From Chiloscyllium plagiosum (Eukaryota): a stretch of DNA of 64,000 nt. Positions 25,281 to 37,214 of the stretch are shown here, one piece after another. Positions within the stretch are counted from its first letter, which is position 1. Each line of letters starts with the position of its first letter. A program made the position numbers and the translations under genes. The notes under the pieces are model-generated. The model was not told the origin of the DNA, ran no database searches, and saw only the letters and a list, made by a program, of their open reading frames with translations. Location: positions 28,355,637-28,419,636 of the forward strand of contig NC_057733.1 in the NCBI RefSeq assembly GCF_004010195.1, written 5' to 3'.

Positions 25281-25611
25281 TCATCATCATAAGAGGGGGA
25301 GCACGGTGGTGTCTTGTGAAGAGATTGTTTTGGCTCTTAACCAACATGGTCCATGTGGTGGGGCTCACACGAGGATGGGACAGTTCTGGAGGATGAGGTG
25401 GGCAGCCGTCTCTCCCCACCGCACTGAACTCACCGGGCAGCAGCTATGGCTGCAGGCAGGTTTGATCTGTGGAATTCATCTGTTCTGAGGCACCTTCGCT
25501 GGAGTGTTTGTGGTGGGGGGCGGGGGATAAAGCTAAAATAACAGCAAAATACTGGAAATCTGAAATCAAAATATACTAGTGTTGCCAATCCTTGGTGAAT
25601 CTAGCAGTTGC

Positions 25612-25826
25612 AGAAAATGTGTTGCTGGAAAAGTGCAGCAGGTCAGGCAGCATCCAGGGAGCAGGAGAATCGACTTTTCGGGCATAAACCCTTCAGCCCT
25701 TCCTGAAGAAGGGCTTATGCTCAACGTCGATTCTCCTGTTCCTTGGATGCTGCCTGACCTGTTGCGCTTTTCCAGCAACACATTTTCAGCTCTAATCTCC
25801 AACATCTGCAGTCCTCACTTTCTCCT
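25612..25826. mobile_element. Fold-back PLE-type element, family B, centred on the hammerhead core, 16-bp TSD
   Basis: TSD tgaatctagcagttgc at 25596-25611 and 25827-25842; ~85-bp inverted arms meeting at CTGAAGA (25703-25709). Confidence 0.85.
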
Positions 25827-27632
25827 TGAATCTAGCAGTTGCCTTGGAGAGAGGAAACAAGATAAAATCTCAAGTCGGCTGCCAGAATATTTTCAACACG
25901 CTTTATTCTTACGGAATGAGGAGCTGCGGTGGATTGGGAGCCACTCTGTAGAGAAAAAAAATCTTGGTGAAAGTCAATTCAAATGTTAAATAATTTAACT
26001 CAAAACAAAGGAGTTGCTTTTCTGTCTTGAACAAAATATGATGGCATCCACCTGAACTTCACTTTGATTCCAACATGGTTACATTTGGGAGTGATTTTAT
26101 TACATGAATGGCTACAGAACATGTGGGTTAACACTCTTCTCAAAATTAGTCTTTCTCTTCTGAGTCTGATTCTACCTTTTCTGTTACATAGCTGCAGATA
26201 TATTTGGTGAAGAATTGTTTGGCCTTGAGGGTATGTAGTTCCACAACTCACAACTCAACATAATCAGTCTTGTGTGGATTGTGACAGTACCAATGATCTG
26301 TTTATTCAGTACTTATTTTGATGCTTACTTTAAACCAATCAGTAAAAGAGCTCACTTGTTGGCCAGTGTCATTTTACAGTAACATGACCTGTCAGCAAAG
26401 CTTAAAAATAGTTACGACTCTTTAAAAAAAAACTTGTGGATGGAATTAACTCTACCGCTGAGCCACGTTTTCTCAACTGTTAGATTTCATGTACACCTGA
26501 ACAAGCTTTGTGCTGGAGAATCAATTTGGCAATTTGTGTAAATAAAACTCTACAATCTGTTTTTATCAAATTCCATTCTTAAGACTCCAGGCCGTTCCTT
26601 AACTCTTACTAATGTAGCTATCTTCATGTCCTGTTTACAATGCAGTTTGTTTCAATTTTGCCAATATAACCCTTTCACACTTCTATCTTTGAACTTTGGA
26701 ACCTTAACCCTTGCTGAAATGTTTCCAGGTGCCTTTGACTTCCTTCTATGCTCAAACAATTTTTGTAAACTAATCAAATTCCTCCTCGTGCTCTTCTATT
26801 GTTTCCCAGATTACCTTCTTTTCCTTTGATCATTATACATTATGGTGCTATTCGTCTTTTAAATCTGATTTGCTGCTGCTGCCTCCCCAAGTTGTCTTCT
26901 GCATTTTGCATCCAGATAGGATCACTCCCTTTTCTTCAATCAATGCAATAAACAATTTGACTTGAATTGAACGGCCATCTTAACTTGCCTTGCTTTCTTT
27001 GATATGTGCCAAATTGTCCTGCTTTGGCCGATCCCTCCTTGTAAACTATTCAACTTAAATTCACAGCCATCCCCTTACACTTATCATTTCATATGGAAAT
27101 TGGAAAAGTAGCCTTGATTATGAACAAGGCCAGAGTGCATCCTTTCTGTCCTCAACTGTCCACATTACCCTTCCAACCCTACTTTATTTCTGCACCTCTC
27201 CCTTGAAAGATGAGCCTCCATTTCACATTCAAGCCTAATAGTTCAGCTTTTGGACTGCATGGTCACTGTCAACATGTACATGCCCCTCCCACCTTTGCTT
27301 CAAGTCTTCAAATATGTGGTGCACAACTTGTTTGCCTGAGTTGGGTCAGTCATGCTGTTTGGCAAAATGTTCTGACCATGATCGTTGTGGACTGCAACAT
27401 GAATCTGTACTCAGCTGTTTCTTTTAGTCTTTTGGATTTGTGTGCACTTCTTAACTTGTTTGTTATAATAAAAATGCATTCACTAAATCCATAGCAATCT
27501 CTTCAGAATAGCTATAGCAGAATCCTACCCAGAAGACTGCAGTTGTGCCCTGAACCAATATCTTCTACGTTTGTGTTCCAGTGCCCTTAATGTGCTCTAC
27601 AATCTCCAATTGCCAAAAGACTCTTGCCCAGA

Positions 27633-27751
27633 TAAGGCAAAAGTGAGGACTGCTGATGCTAGAGAGTAGAGTCGAGAGGTGCTGCTGGAAAAGCACAGCA
27701 GGTCAGACAGCATCCGAGGAGCAGGAGAATCTGTTTTGGGTGAAAGCCCTT
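27633..27751 (-). mobile_element. PLE-type short insert, family B (partial)
   Basis: Reverse complement of the family B tail, ending in the gggc...ccc stem II region. Confidence 0.65.
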
Positions 27752-29084
27752 GCTTACATAATCCTATTCCATTATCTCTTTTTCCTGAGCTCCAAAGCCA
27801 CATCTTAATGATGAAGATTGCTTGCTTCAACCTTCGTTTCAGAGCCTGTCTTCACCCTGCCCAGGCAATCTCTTGCTGAATGCTTCATTTAGACTTGATT
27901 ACTAGCATCTTTCGAGCTGCGCACCTTTTGAGTTGATGAAAAATCTCCCTGCCAAGTTGTAGCAGGATTACAAATCTCAATTTTTTTTTTCCTGAGTTAT
28001 GGGATCATAGTCTGGCAGTAGCATTTGCTTGTAGTCCTGAGTTCAGTTTTGTAACCCTGTCACAACGTGTTGCAAAAGGAAATGGACAAATAACTCCCCA
28101 TCTGATTCCCTAATACCTGTCCACCATGTACAAGATTTAAGTTAGGAGTATTTTGGAGAACTCTCAATTTGCCTGGAGAAGTGCAGCTCCAATAATATTC
28201 ACAAGCTTAATACCAAACGGGACAAAGCAGCCTCGTTGTTTGGCATCCCACAGTCACCACAAGTGCAGTGATAGTAGTGTGTACTATCGATACAATACAG
28301 CAACGCATCAACCTTCCTTTGACAAACCCACCTAAATTCTGTGACCAGTTGCCTCAAGAAAAAGGGGGGCAGGTACATGGGAACACCACCTTCAGGTTTC
28401 CTTCGAAGCCCCACACTGTAACTGGTCCTTCAATGTCACTGGGTTAAAATTGTTCAACTCGCTGACGACAATGTGTGTATCTTCAGCATGTGAACTATTA
28501 GCTGTTCAAGGTGGCAAGAGGATAATTGTGAGCAATTCATGAAACTGCATTCATTATCCTTGTCGGACAAGATTGGAAAAGGTTTTGCAGTTGTAGTCAA
28601 GAGACTTGATTCAATTAATGGAGATATCAACAGGGAAAAATTCTGTATCTTAAATTATCCCACAGCTCTGATTTATATTTATAAATAATATTCAGATCAT
28701 ACATTAACATATCAATGACAATGAATAAACCTCTAATTACAATCCAGTATTCTTAATTTGCTGTAATAAATTGCAGGTGACGGAAGGAAGATGTAAATTA
28801 AAATATATCAGTAAAAATTGTATGGACCTTGGAAACAATATAACTTATTTTTTACTTAATTATTGATTAGTTTCAAGGTCTTTCTTTCATTGAGAGTTTT
28901 TGAAGTACAAGAAGTCTATAATTGCTAATGAGAAATTAACAACTATATTGTAGTTTGTGGGACATGTACTTGCATTGGCCAATTTACAGCTATTTCCCTG
29001 TAATGGCTCAATCAGGATTTTATCATTGCCAACATTTCCAAGCTGAAAAGATTTATGTTGACTGAATTTTTCTTTTTGTTACAG

Positions 29085-29473
29085 GATAATGTAGAAAGGA
29101 TAGACGCCCTCCAGACTTCTGTTGAAGAATTCATTGAGAAATATGAAAAACCATATAAGCCTGTGGTGGTGGTAAATGCTGAACTTGGGTGGGCAGCACA
29201 TGAAAAGTGGACTCTAGAGCGATTAAAGCGCAAGTACAGAAATCAAAAATTTAAATGTGGTGAAGACAATGATGGCTACTCTGTTAAAATGAAGATGAAG
29301 TATTATGCTGACTACATGGAAACTACAAAAGATGATAGCCCTCTTTACATTTTTGATAGCAGTTATGGGGAACACCCTAAAAGGAAGAAACTATTAGAGG
29401 ATTATGAAGTGCCAAAGTATTTTAAGGATGATTTGTTCCAGTTTGCAGGGGAAAAGCGGAGACCTCCATACAG
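29085..29473 (+). CDS. JMJD6: JMJD6 coding exon 2
   Basis: ttacag acceptor, AG|GTAAAA donor, 389 nt; [34 protein letters not shown]...[16 protein letters not shown]. Confidence 0.99.
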
Positions 29474-29744
29474 GTAAAAACACTTAAACTGCCAGCATTC
29501 ATACATAATTGCTGGAAAGCCACAATGTTGGTCAAAGTTTGGATAGAATGTCTCTTCGTGAATCCCACTGTTTCTGTGGCGAGTTTAGTGTCACAGAATA
29601 AGTCTTAGTTGGAGAGCTCTTTTGGAGTCCTAGAAATGAACATTCCATTTGACTAAAGTATTAGAACTGTACTTCTGTGATGCCATTCATCCCGCTGAGT
29701 GATAAATGTTCTCTACATGAAACAAGCCATAGACTTTGAGATAT

Positions 29745-31417
29745 TGGAGAAACTTTGTAGTTCTGGTTGTAAATTTGCGCACTGAACTGGTAGATTGATT
29801 CTCGGACGTTTTGTCACCATGCTAGGTAACATTGTCAGTGAGCCTTTGGTGAAGCATTGGTGTTCTGCCCCGCTTGCTATTTACCTGTCTCGGGTTTGTT
29901 GTTGTAGGTGTTATCATTTCTGGTTCCGTTTCTGAGAGGTTGGTAAATGGGACTGGGACAATACATCAATCCTGGGACAGGCAAAATAAAGATATGCATG
30001 GGAATACCTAGAGGCCTGGCATTCAAACCGGAACTCCATTAACAAACATAGATTTGTACCCTGTTTATCAACCTCTCAAATAACTGGAAATGATGTCACC
30101 GACCACAGCAAACAGAGACCGATAAATAACAAGCGGGACAGAACACCAACGCTTCACAGGAGGTTCACTGATGATATTACCTAACATGGTGACAAAATGT
30201 CAGAGCCATAGAGATGTACAGCATGGAAACAGACCCTTCGATCCAACCCGTCCATGCCAACCTGATATCCCGACCCTTTCTAGTCCCACTTGCCAGCACC
30301 TGGCCCATATCCCTCCAAACCCTTCCTATTCATATACCCATCCAAATGCCTCTTAAATGTTGCAATTGTACCAGCCTCCACCACTTCCTCTGGCAGCTCA
30401 TTCCATAATGTACCACCCTCTGCGTGAAAAAGTTGCCCCGTAGGTCTCTTTTATATCTTTCCACTCTCACCCTAAACCTATGCCCTCTAGTTCTGAACTC
30501 CTTGACCCCAAAAAAGACTTTGCCTATTTACCCTATCCATGCCCCTCATGGTTTTGTGAACCTTTATAAGGTCACCCCTTAGTCTCTGACGCTCCAGGGA
30601 AAACAGCCCCAGCCTCTCCCTATAGCTCAAATCCTCCAATCCTGGCAACATCCTTGTAAATCTTTTCTGAACCCTTTCAAGTTTCACAACATCTTTCCGA
30701 TAGGGAGGAGACCAGAATTGCACGCAGTATTCAAACAGCGGCCTAACCAATGTCCTGTACAGCCGCAACATGACCTCCCAACCCCTGTACTCAATACTCT
30801 GACCAATAAAGGAAAGCATGCCAAATGTCGCTTTCACTATCCTATCTACCTGCGACTCCACTTTGAAGGAGCTATGAACCTAGCAACACTCCCTAGGACC
30901 TTACCATTAAGTGTATAAGTCTTGCTAAGATTTGCTTTCCCAAAATGTAGCACCTCACATTTATCTGAATTAAACTCCATCTGCCACTTCTCTGCCCATT
31001 GGCCCATCTGGTCAAGATTCTGTTGTAATCTGAGGTAAACCTCTTCGTTGTCCACTACATCTCCAATTTTGGTGTCATCTGTAAACTTACTAATTGTACC
31101 TCTTATGCTCGCATCCAAATCATTTATGTAAACGACAAAAAGTAGAGGACTGATCCTTGTGGCATTCAATTGGTCACAGGCCTCCAGTCTGAAAAACACC
31201 CCTCCACCACCACCCTCTGTCTTCTGCCTTTGAGCCATTTCTGTATCCAAATGGCTGGTTCTCCCTGTATTCCATGAGATCTAACCTTGCTAATCAGTCT
31301 CTCATGGGGAACCTTGTTGAACGCCTTACTGAAGTCCACATAGCTCACATCTACTGCTCTGCCCTCATCAATCCTCTTTGAAGTCTGCCAGCTCAGCAAG
31401 CAAATTTACAACCTAAA
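29745..31417. mobile_element. Fold-back PLE-derived element (family A-like) split by a CR1 insertion
   Basis: Left arm ~29755-29950 inverted against right arm ~29950-30201 plus 31381-31417; the right arm has GIY-YIG C-terminal remnants (WDNTSILGQAK, LEAWHSN) and CTGATGA at 30168-30174. Confidence 0.75.
30202..31380 (-). mobile_element. CR1/HER1-like LINE 3' part (RT)
   Basis: VDFSKAFNKVPH, YINDLD, SKFTDDTK, EYCVQFWSP on - strand; tail at ~30202. Confidence 0.92.
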
Positions 31418-33070
31418 CCATAGATAGTCCTAATATTTTTTAACACTTCATGTATTGGATTGTCAGAAATGTAAAAACCTTTCACCACAACAGAACTTTT
31501 CAAATGAATAGCCTTTTAATATCTTCATCAAAGTAGTCAATAAAAATGGCATATTTAGAGACACATGCAGAATCTCATTTTAAGAAAATGGCCAAAAATC
31601 CACAATATTTTCCATTTGAAAATGTAAAAAATAGAAAGAGTAGGCTTTTCATACTTTTTGAACATGCTTGGCGATTTAATGAGTATGGCCGACCATCTGA
31701 CTCAGTCCTTTGTTCTTGCTTTCTCACGTAGCCTTGGATCTCTTTAGCCCTCAGAACTGTATTAAATTCCTTGAAAGCATGCAATATTTTGGCCTCATGC
31801 TTTGTGGCTGGGAATTCCCCAGCCTCACCAGTCAGTAAGTGAATAAATGTCTCCTCATCTCAAGTCTAAATGGCCTACCCCATCTCCTTATCAAGTATCT
31901 CATTACATTCTTGTTTGACTATTTGTTGTGATCATAATTTGTCTTAATCTGTAGAAAGTGTATATACATTTTTGCTTTTAAGTTGTGTTGAGCAGGCTGA
32001 GATGTTAGAGGAATTCTTAAATTTTTGGTGGTGTCAGCATCAAGAACTCTAAGACTACTTTGTAGTGCAGTTAAATGTGAGCAACACTTTACTTTGTCCC
32101 AAACATATACCTGAGACCTCACCCAAGGAAGATCATGATTGTCTGCATCTCTGCAACAACTTCATTTGTCCCACCAAATGTCCTGTTGTATTTCGATCTC
32201 ATGTCTTGGAATTACAACAAGAATGATGTAGCTTACTTTACAAAAGTTCCTTAGAGTAATTAAATAGTTTTGATTGAGCCCAAAATATTAAGGACAGTCT
32301 TGACCAATCCTGAAAAACTAAACTATATTTTATGGAATCAGTCAATTTTACATTTAGAAGAGAAAACTTAAGGAAGAATGCCAGCATAGTTCTCATAAGA
32401 GAGCAATAATAATGAAAACATGTAAATAGTTCTAGACATGAATGAGTCACTTAAGCCTTCTCAAAGCATTTTTTTTTGTACGGAAGAGAAAAGTTGGAAT
32501 AAATGGATTTCGGGAGTGAATTCCAGAGAGAACAAAGTGAAGATTGAAGACTTTGACAGAGAGCAGAATACCAAGGCGTGTGAATGGAATAGGGCAGGAA
32601 GTTGAGATAAAAAGTGGAGTACAAGGCCAATCAGGAAATTAGGAAGAGGACAAAAGATTTAATGTAATGTGTTTGGACAAAGACTAGGCAGAGGTCAACA
32701 GGGGTGATGAGTAGGTGTGAGTCAGTGAGGGATGGTATGTGAGCAGTGAAGTTTCAAATACACTGATTAAGGTAAGTTAATATTCCATCCTCATTTTTAC
32801 ATGAGTTTCTCATTTTCAGCAGTTTGCACATGCCTTATGCGTATGTATTACTGAGTGCCAATTGTAAGAGGATTGAAATGTTACATACTTAATCACTGCT
32901 TAGGTATCTGTATGAAGAATAAAGCAAAGACACCACTCCTGTAGAAGAACATTGGAAAAATGTGTTGTGTGTTGATTTACTAAAAACATGACAGTTGGTA
33001 CTGACAAAAGGTTTGTTTTATGTTTTGGAAGAGTAAATGTAAAAATAATACCAATGTTTTGTCTTTTTAG

Positions 33071-33357
33071 ATGGTTTGTCATGGGTCCTCCAAGGTCTGG
33101 AACTGGTGTCCATATTGATCCTTTAGGAACAAGTGCATGGAATGCTTTAGTTCACGGTCACAAGCGTTGGTGTTTGTTCCCTACAAATACACCACGTGAA
33201 CTTATCAAGATAACAAGGGAAGAAGGTGGAAACCAACAAGATGAGGCGATTACATGGTTTGTCATTGTCTACCCTCGTACACAGCATTCGACATGGCCCC
33301 AAGAGTTTAAGCCCTTAGAAATCCTTCAGAAGCCAGGGGAGACTGTCTTTGTACCAG
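33071..33357 (+). CDS. JMJD6: JMJD6 coding exon 3 (JmjC core, H187 and D189)
   Basis: tttag acceptor, G|GTGA donor, 287 nt; [26 protein letters not shown]...GHKRW. Confidence 0.99.
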
Positions 33358-34640
33358 GTGATTTATTTTTTAAAGGATAAGTTGACTTCATATAGGTCTT
33401 TGTCCAAAGGGACCATTGTTATAAATCATTGAACTCTTTCTGTTCCACATATTACACACAGGCATCATTTTTGTTTAAAAACTGATATTATTGTTTTTAG
33501 GCAACAGAAAATTCTAACTTCCTCCTGTAGTCCAAAACAGGAGTGAGCACGTTCTCATTCTTTGAAAATGACTTCAGAATTTTACATTGACTTGAACCAT
33601 TTTGGTCATGATTTTTAATTGCTCTCCAGCCCTCGGAATCTGTAAGGCTATGCACAGTGGTCGTGTTTCCTTGGAAAGGATTTCAGACAATAATTTGTTG
33701 TCTAAAGGGAAAGTTAGAACCCTCGAGTGTTAGGTGATGTGTTCTCCATGGTTGACTGTTATCTTGTAAGCAATCTTTTCTTTTCCAAAGAAAATCTCAA
33801 TACTCATTCATGTTTCATTTTCTTGATGATCTTTATGGATTTTGTCAGAATGTGCATAAGTGCCATCTGTCCCCAGCACCCTTAGCTTTGACCTTATGGG
33901 AGCTGCAATTGTTCTGCAGTATATTTGATGAATAACATTAAGTTAAATTTTTTTGCTCTCTCCTGCACTGAATGCACAGCCAGATTATAAGATGTCACAC
34001 GAATGGTCTTGAGATCAAATCTAAAATTTGATGAGTAAGTTGCTTAGGACAGTGATATGTCAATTCTCAGACTTTGGAGAAGGAACCTTTCAAGGATGCT
34101 GGCTTGCACAGTTTGACAATATTGATTCTTGAAGTTGGAAAGATTTGGGTTCCTCATTGGAGGACAGATTATGCTGCGAAAGCTAACATTTTTGAACAAG
34201 TTGCAGCAAAATGAGGACTTAATTATGTACATGTTTTATATATCTTGATAAGAAATACTAGTCCTAATGGCCCGTCCAGCCTGCATCACCATTCAATATG
34301 ATCATGGCTGATCTTTTTGTGGACTCTTAATTCCTTGACTATTAAAATCTATCCATCTTTACTTTAAAAATATTCAATGAGGTAGCCTCAGCTGCTTCAC
34401 TAGGCAGGAAATTCCACAGTTTAACAACCCTTCTCAACTCAGTCCTAAATCTGCACCTCCTTTATTTTGAGGCTATGCCTCCTACTTTGAGTGTCACTGG
34501 CCAGTGGAAACAACCTCCCTGCTTCTATCTAATCTATGCATAATTTTATATGATCCCCCTCTCTAGTATGATGTGATTATTGAAAATTGATTTGAGATTT
34601 AGAAATGTATTCCTTACATATGATTCTTTTTGTCTTTCAG

Positions 34641-34776
34641 GTGGATGGTGGCATGTAGTACTCAATATGGATCACACTATTGCTGTTACACAGAACTTTG
34701 CCAGTGCAACCAACTTTCCTGTTGTTTGGCATAAAACAGTTAGGGGGCGTCCTAAACTATCCAGAAAGTGGTACAG
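34641..34776 (+). CDS. JMJD6: JMJD6 coding exon 4 (H273; RGRP AT-hook-like motif)
   Basis: ttcag acceptor, AG|GTAATC donor, 136 nt; GGWWHVVLN...[14 protein letters not shown]. Confidence 0.99.
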
Positions 34777-35112
34777 GTAATCGCTCGAGAGTTAATTTCT
34801 GAAGTGCAACAAGGTATTGGTATTGCTTATGGTGGATCAGTGCTAGCACATGCAAGAGAAATGTTGATGAGAAAATAGTATTTCCTTGTTTTGTATCTTA
34901 TATAAATTGCCTTAAATCCTATTAAGGGACCAGATAAATTTCATTCATGTTGTGTTACTCAATTTCTGCCAGAGAAACACTCTCAAAAACTAGTCTAATG
35001 CATCAATTTCATAATGAAAATTCATACATTTTCAAAAAGCAATTTTTAAGTCCGAAACTCAGCTTCAAAGTTGGACCTGGCCTTATGTTTACATTCATAT
35101 CATCCAATTTTG

Positions 35113-35312
35113 AACGAGCTGCCAGAGGAAGTGGTGGAGGCTGGTACAATTGCAACATTTGGGAGGCATTTGGAGGGGTATATGAATAGGAAGGGTTTGG
35201 AGGGATATGGGCCGGGTGCTGGCAGGTAGGACTAGATTGGGTTGGGATATCTGGTCGGCATGGACGGGTTGGACCGAAGGGTCTGTTTCCATGCTGTACA
35301 TCTATATGACTA
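35113..35312 (+). mobile_element. 5'-truncated CR1 3' end
   Basis: Matches the 3' UTR of the 1028-1641 and 61850-62595 copies. Confidence 0.85.
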
Positions 35313-35534
35313 TATAAAAAGCAAAATATTGCAGATGCTCTTAACTCTCCAGGTCTGGTATCAACTGTGAAGAAAAGAATGGAGTTTATTTCAAGTCCAA
35401 AGGTGGTCCTTCGGAAACTGAAGGGAGCTAAAAAATGTTTTATACTTTTGGCACAGTGAGAATTTGTCTTAGGGCTCTGGGCACTCTCTGAATCTGTTCT
35501 GTTTCCCTCACTCCTCCTCTCTGCCTTTGAATCA

Positions 35535-35845
35535 TCATAGAATTTCTACAGTGTGGAAACAGGCCATTTGGCCCAACTGGTCCACACTGATATTCCAAAG
35601 GGTATCCCACTCGATCCATTCCCCTATCCTATTACTACACGTTAACTAATGCATCCCTGAACACTATGGGCAATTTACCACAGCCAATTCGCCTAACATG
35701 CACGCTTTTGGACTGTGGGAGGAAACCCACTGAGACGCAAGGATAATGTGCAAACTCAACACAGACAGTTGCCTGAGGCTGGAATCTAAACCTGTGTCCC
35801 TGGTGCTGAGAGGCAGCAGAGCTAACCACTGAATCACTGCTGCCT
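35535..35845 (-). mobile_element. Older HE1-type V-SINE
   Basis: Reverse complement of the SINE head and V-domain, more diverged. Confidence 0.75.
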
Positions 35846-36223
35846 TGTCAACAGGATACTTGGCAACTCCCTTCAAATCCAAAGAAGAATTGTTGATCTC
35901 AAGAGGTTAACTTTCTTTTTTCCTCCGATGCTGCTGGACCTGCTGAGTTTCTCCAGTTTTTTCTGTTTATGTTTTAAATGGTTAAAACCAGTTTGCTGCT
36001 CATAAAAATTTTCTTGTGATTGGAAAAAAGGAACCAATAAGATGAAATCATCACCACTGGTGGGGCCCTTCCCAGTAGCTGGCAATAGAATTAAACTGAC
36101 ATGGGGTAGGCTCAGTCTGTTGTACGAGGATAGCTTGACCTATGTTGCCAAATTCTTCCTTGATCAATGGTGAATGTGATCCCTTTGTCACTGACCTGGA
36201 TTTCTTTGCTTCAGTGGGACTAA

Positions 36224-36421
<198 letters not shown>

Positions 36422-37214
36422 TAATTAAGTTAACTCCACTCCAAAAAAGGAGACAGTTATCAGTTGAGATTGCAATAATTTGTTGTAGGCTATAATATAT
36501 TTAGTGAATCTCAGTGTACAAAGAATGATTTGACTCATCAAGTCTGCACATACACTCCGAAGAACATCCCACCCAAACTCAACTCTATTCCTGCAACCCT
36601 GCATTTACCATAGCTAATCTACCTAGCTTCCACATCCTTGGACGTAATTAAGCACGGTCAGTCCATTGAATCTGCACATCTTTGGATTGTGGAAAGAAAC
36701 TTGGCAGAAACCCGCACAGAAATAGGGACAAAGTCATCCAAGGCTGGAATTGAACCTTGGTTCCTTGTGCTGAGAGGTACCATTGAACCACCATTCCCAC
36801 AGAGTCACCGTGCCATCAAAACAAATCTGTTTTCAATTATCAATACAGTTAGACATGGAAAAACCAAAATGAACACTTTAGTGGTTAAAGAAGTTAGGTT
36901 TTGATAACTTGGAAGAACTATAACCTGATGCATGTTGTACTCTCTTCTGTATGTATCAATTGAAGAGGTAATGATACAACGTTTCTTTAATCCCATGATT
37001 GAGAATTGTATTTGCCTGCATTAATAACTAGTTAAAAAAAAAGTCATCAAAATAACAATTCTACTGTGGAGCAATACTGATTCACTCTGCCTTTGAAAAT
37101 TATTGAGTGTTTTCTACTGTAATTTGAACCACATTAGCTGTGCTTGGCCTTGGTAGAAAGTTTTTCAAGAAGTATGCTTGCCTTTTTTATTGGAGTCGGT
37201 GCATGGGGTAAAGG

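Noticed and set aside
24580-25488. Several GC-rich ORFs over the promoter and JMJD6 intron 1
   Set aside because: Expected from low stop-codon frequency in a CpG island; no homology apart from the real exons
25612-25826. Palindromic inserts as MITEs or pre-miRNA genes
   Set aside because: Arms are unequal, TSD length varies, single-arm copies exist and they share the hammerhead-type motif; no miRNA evidence
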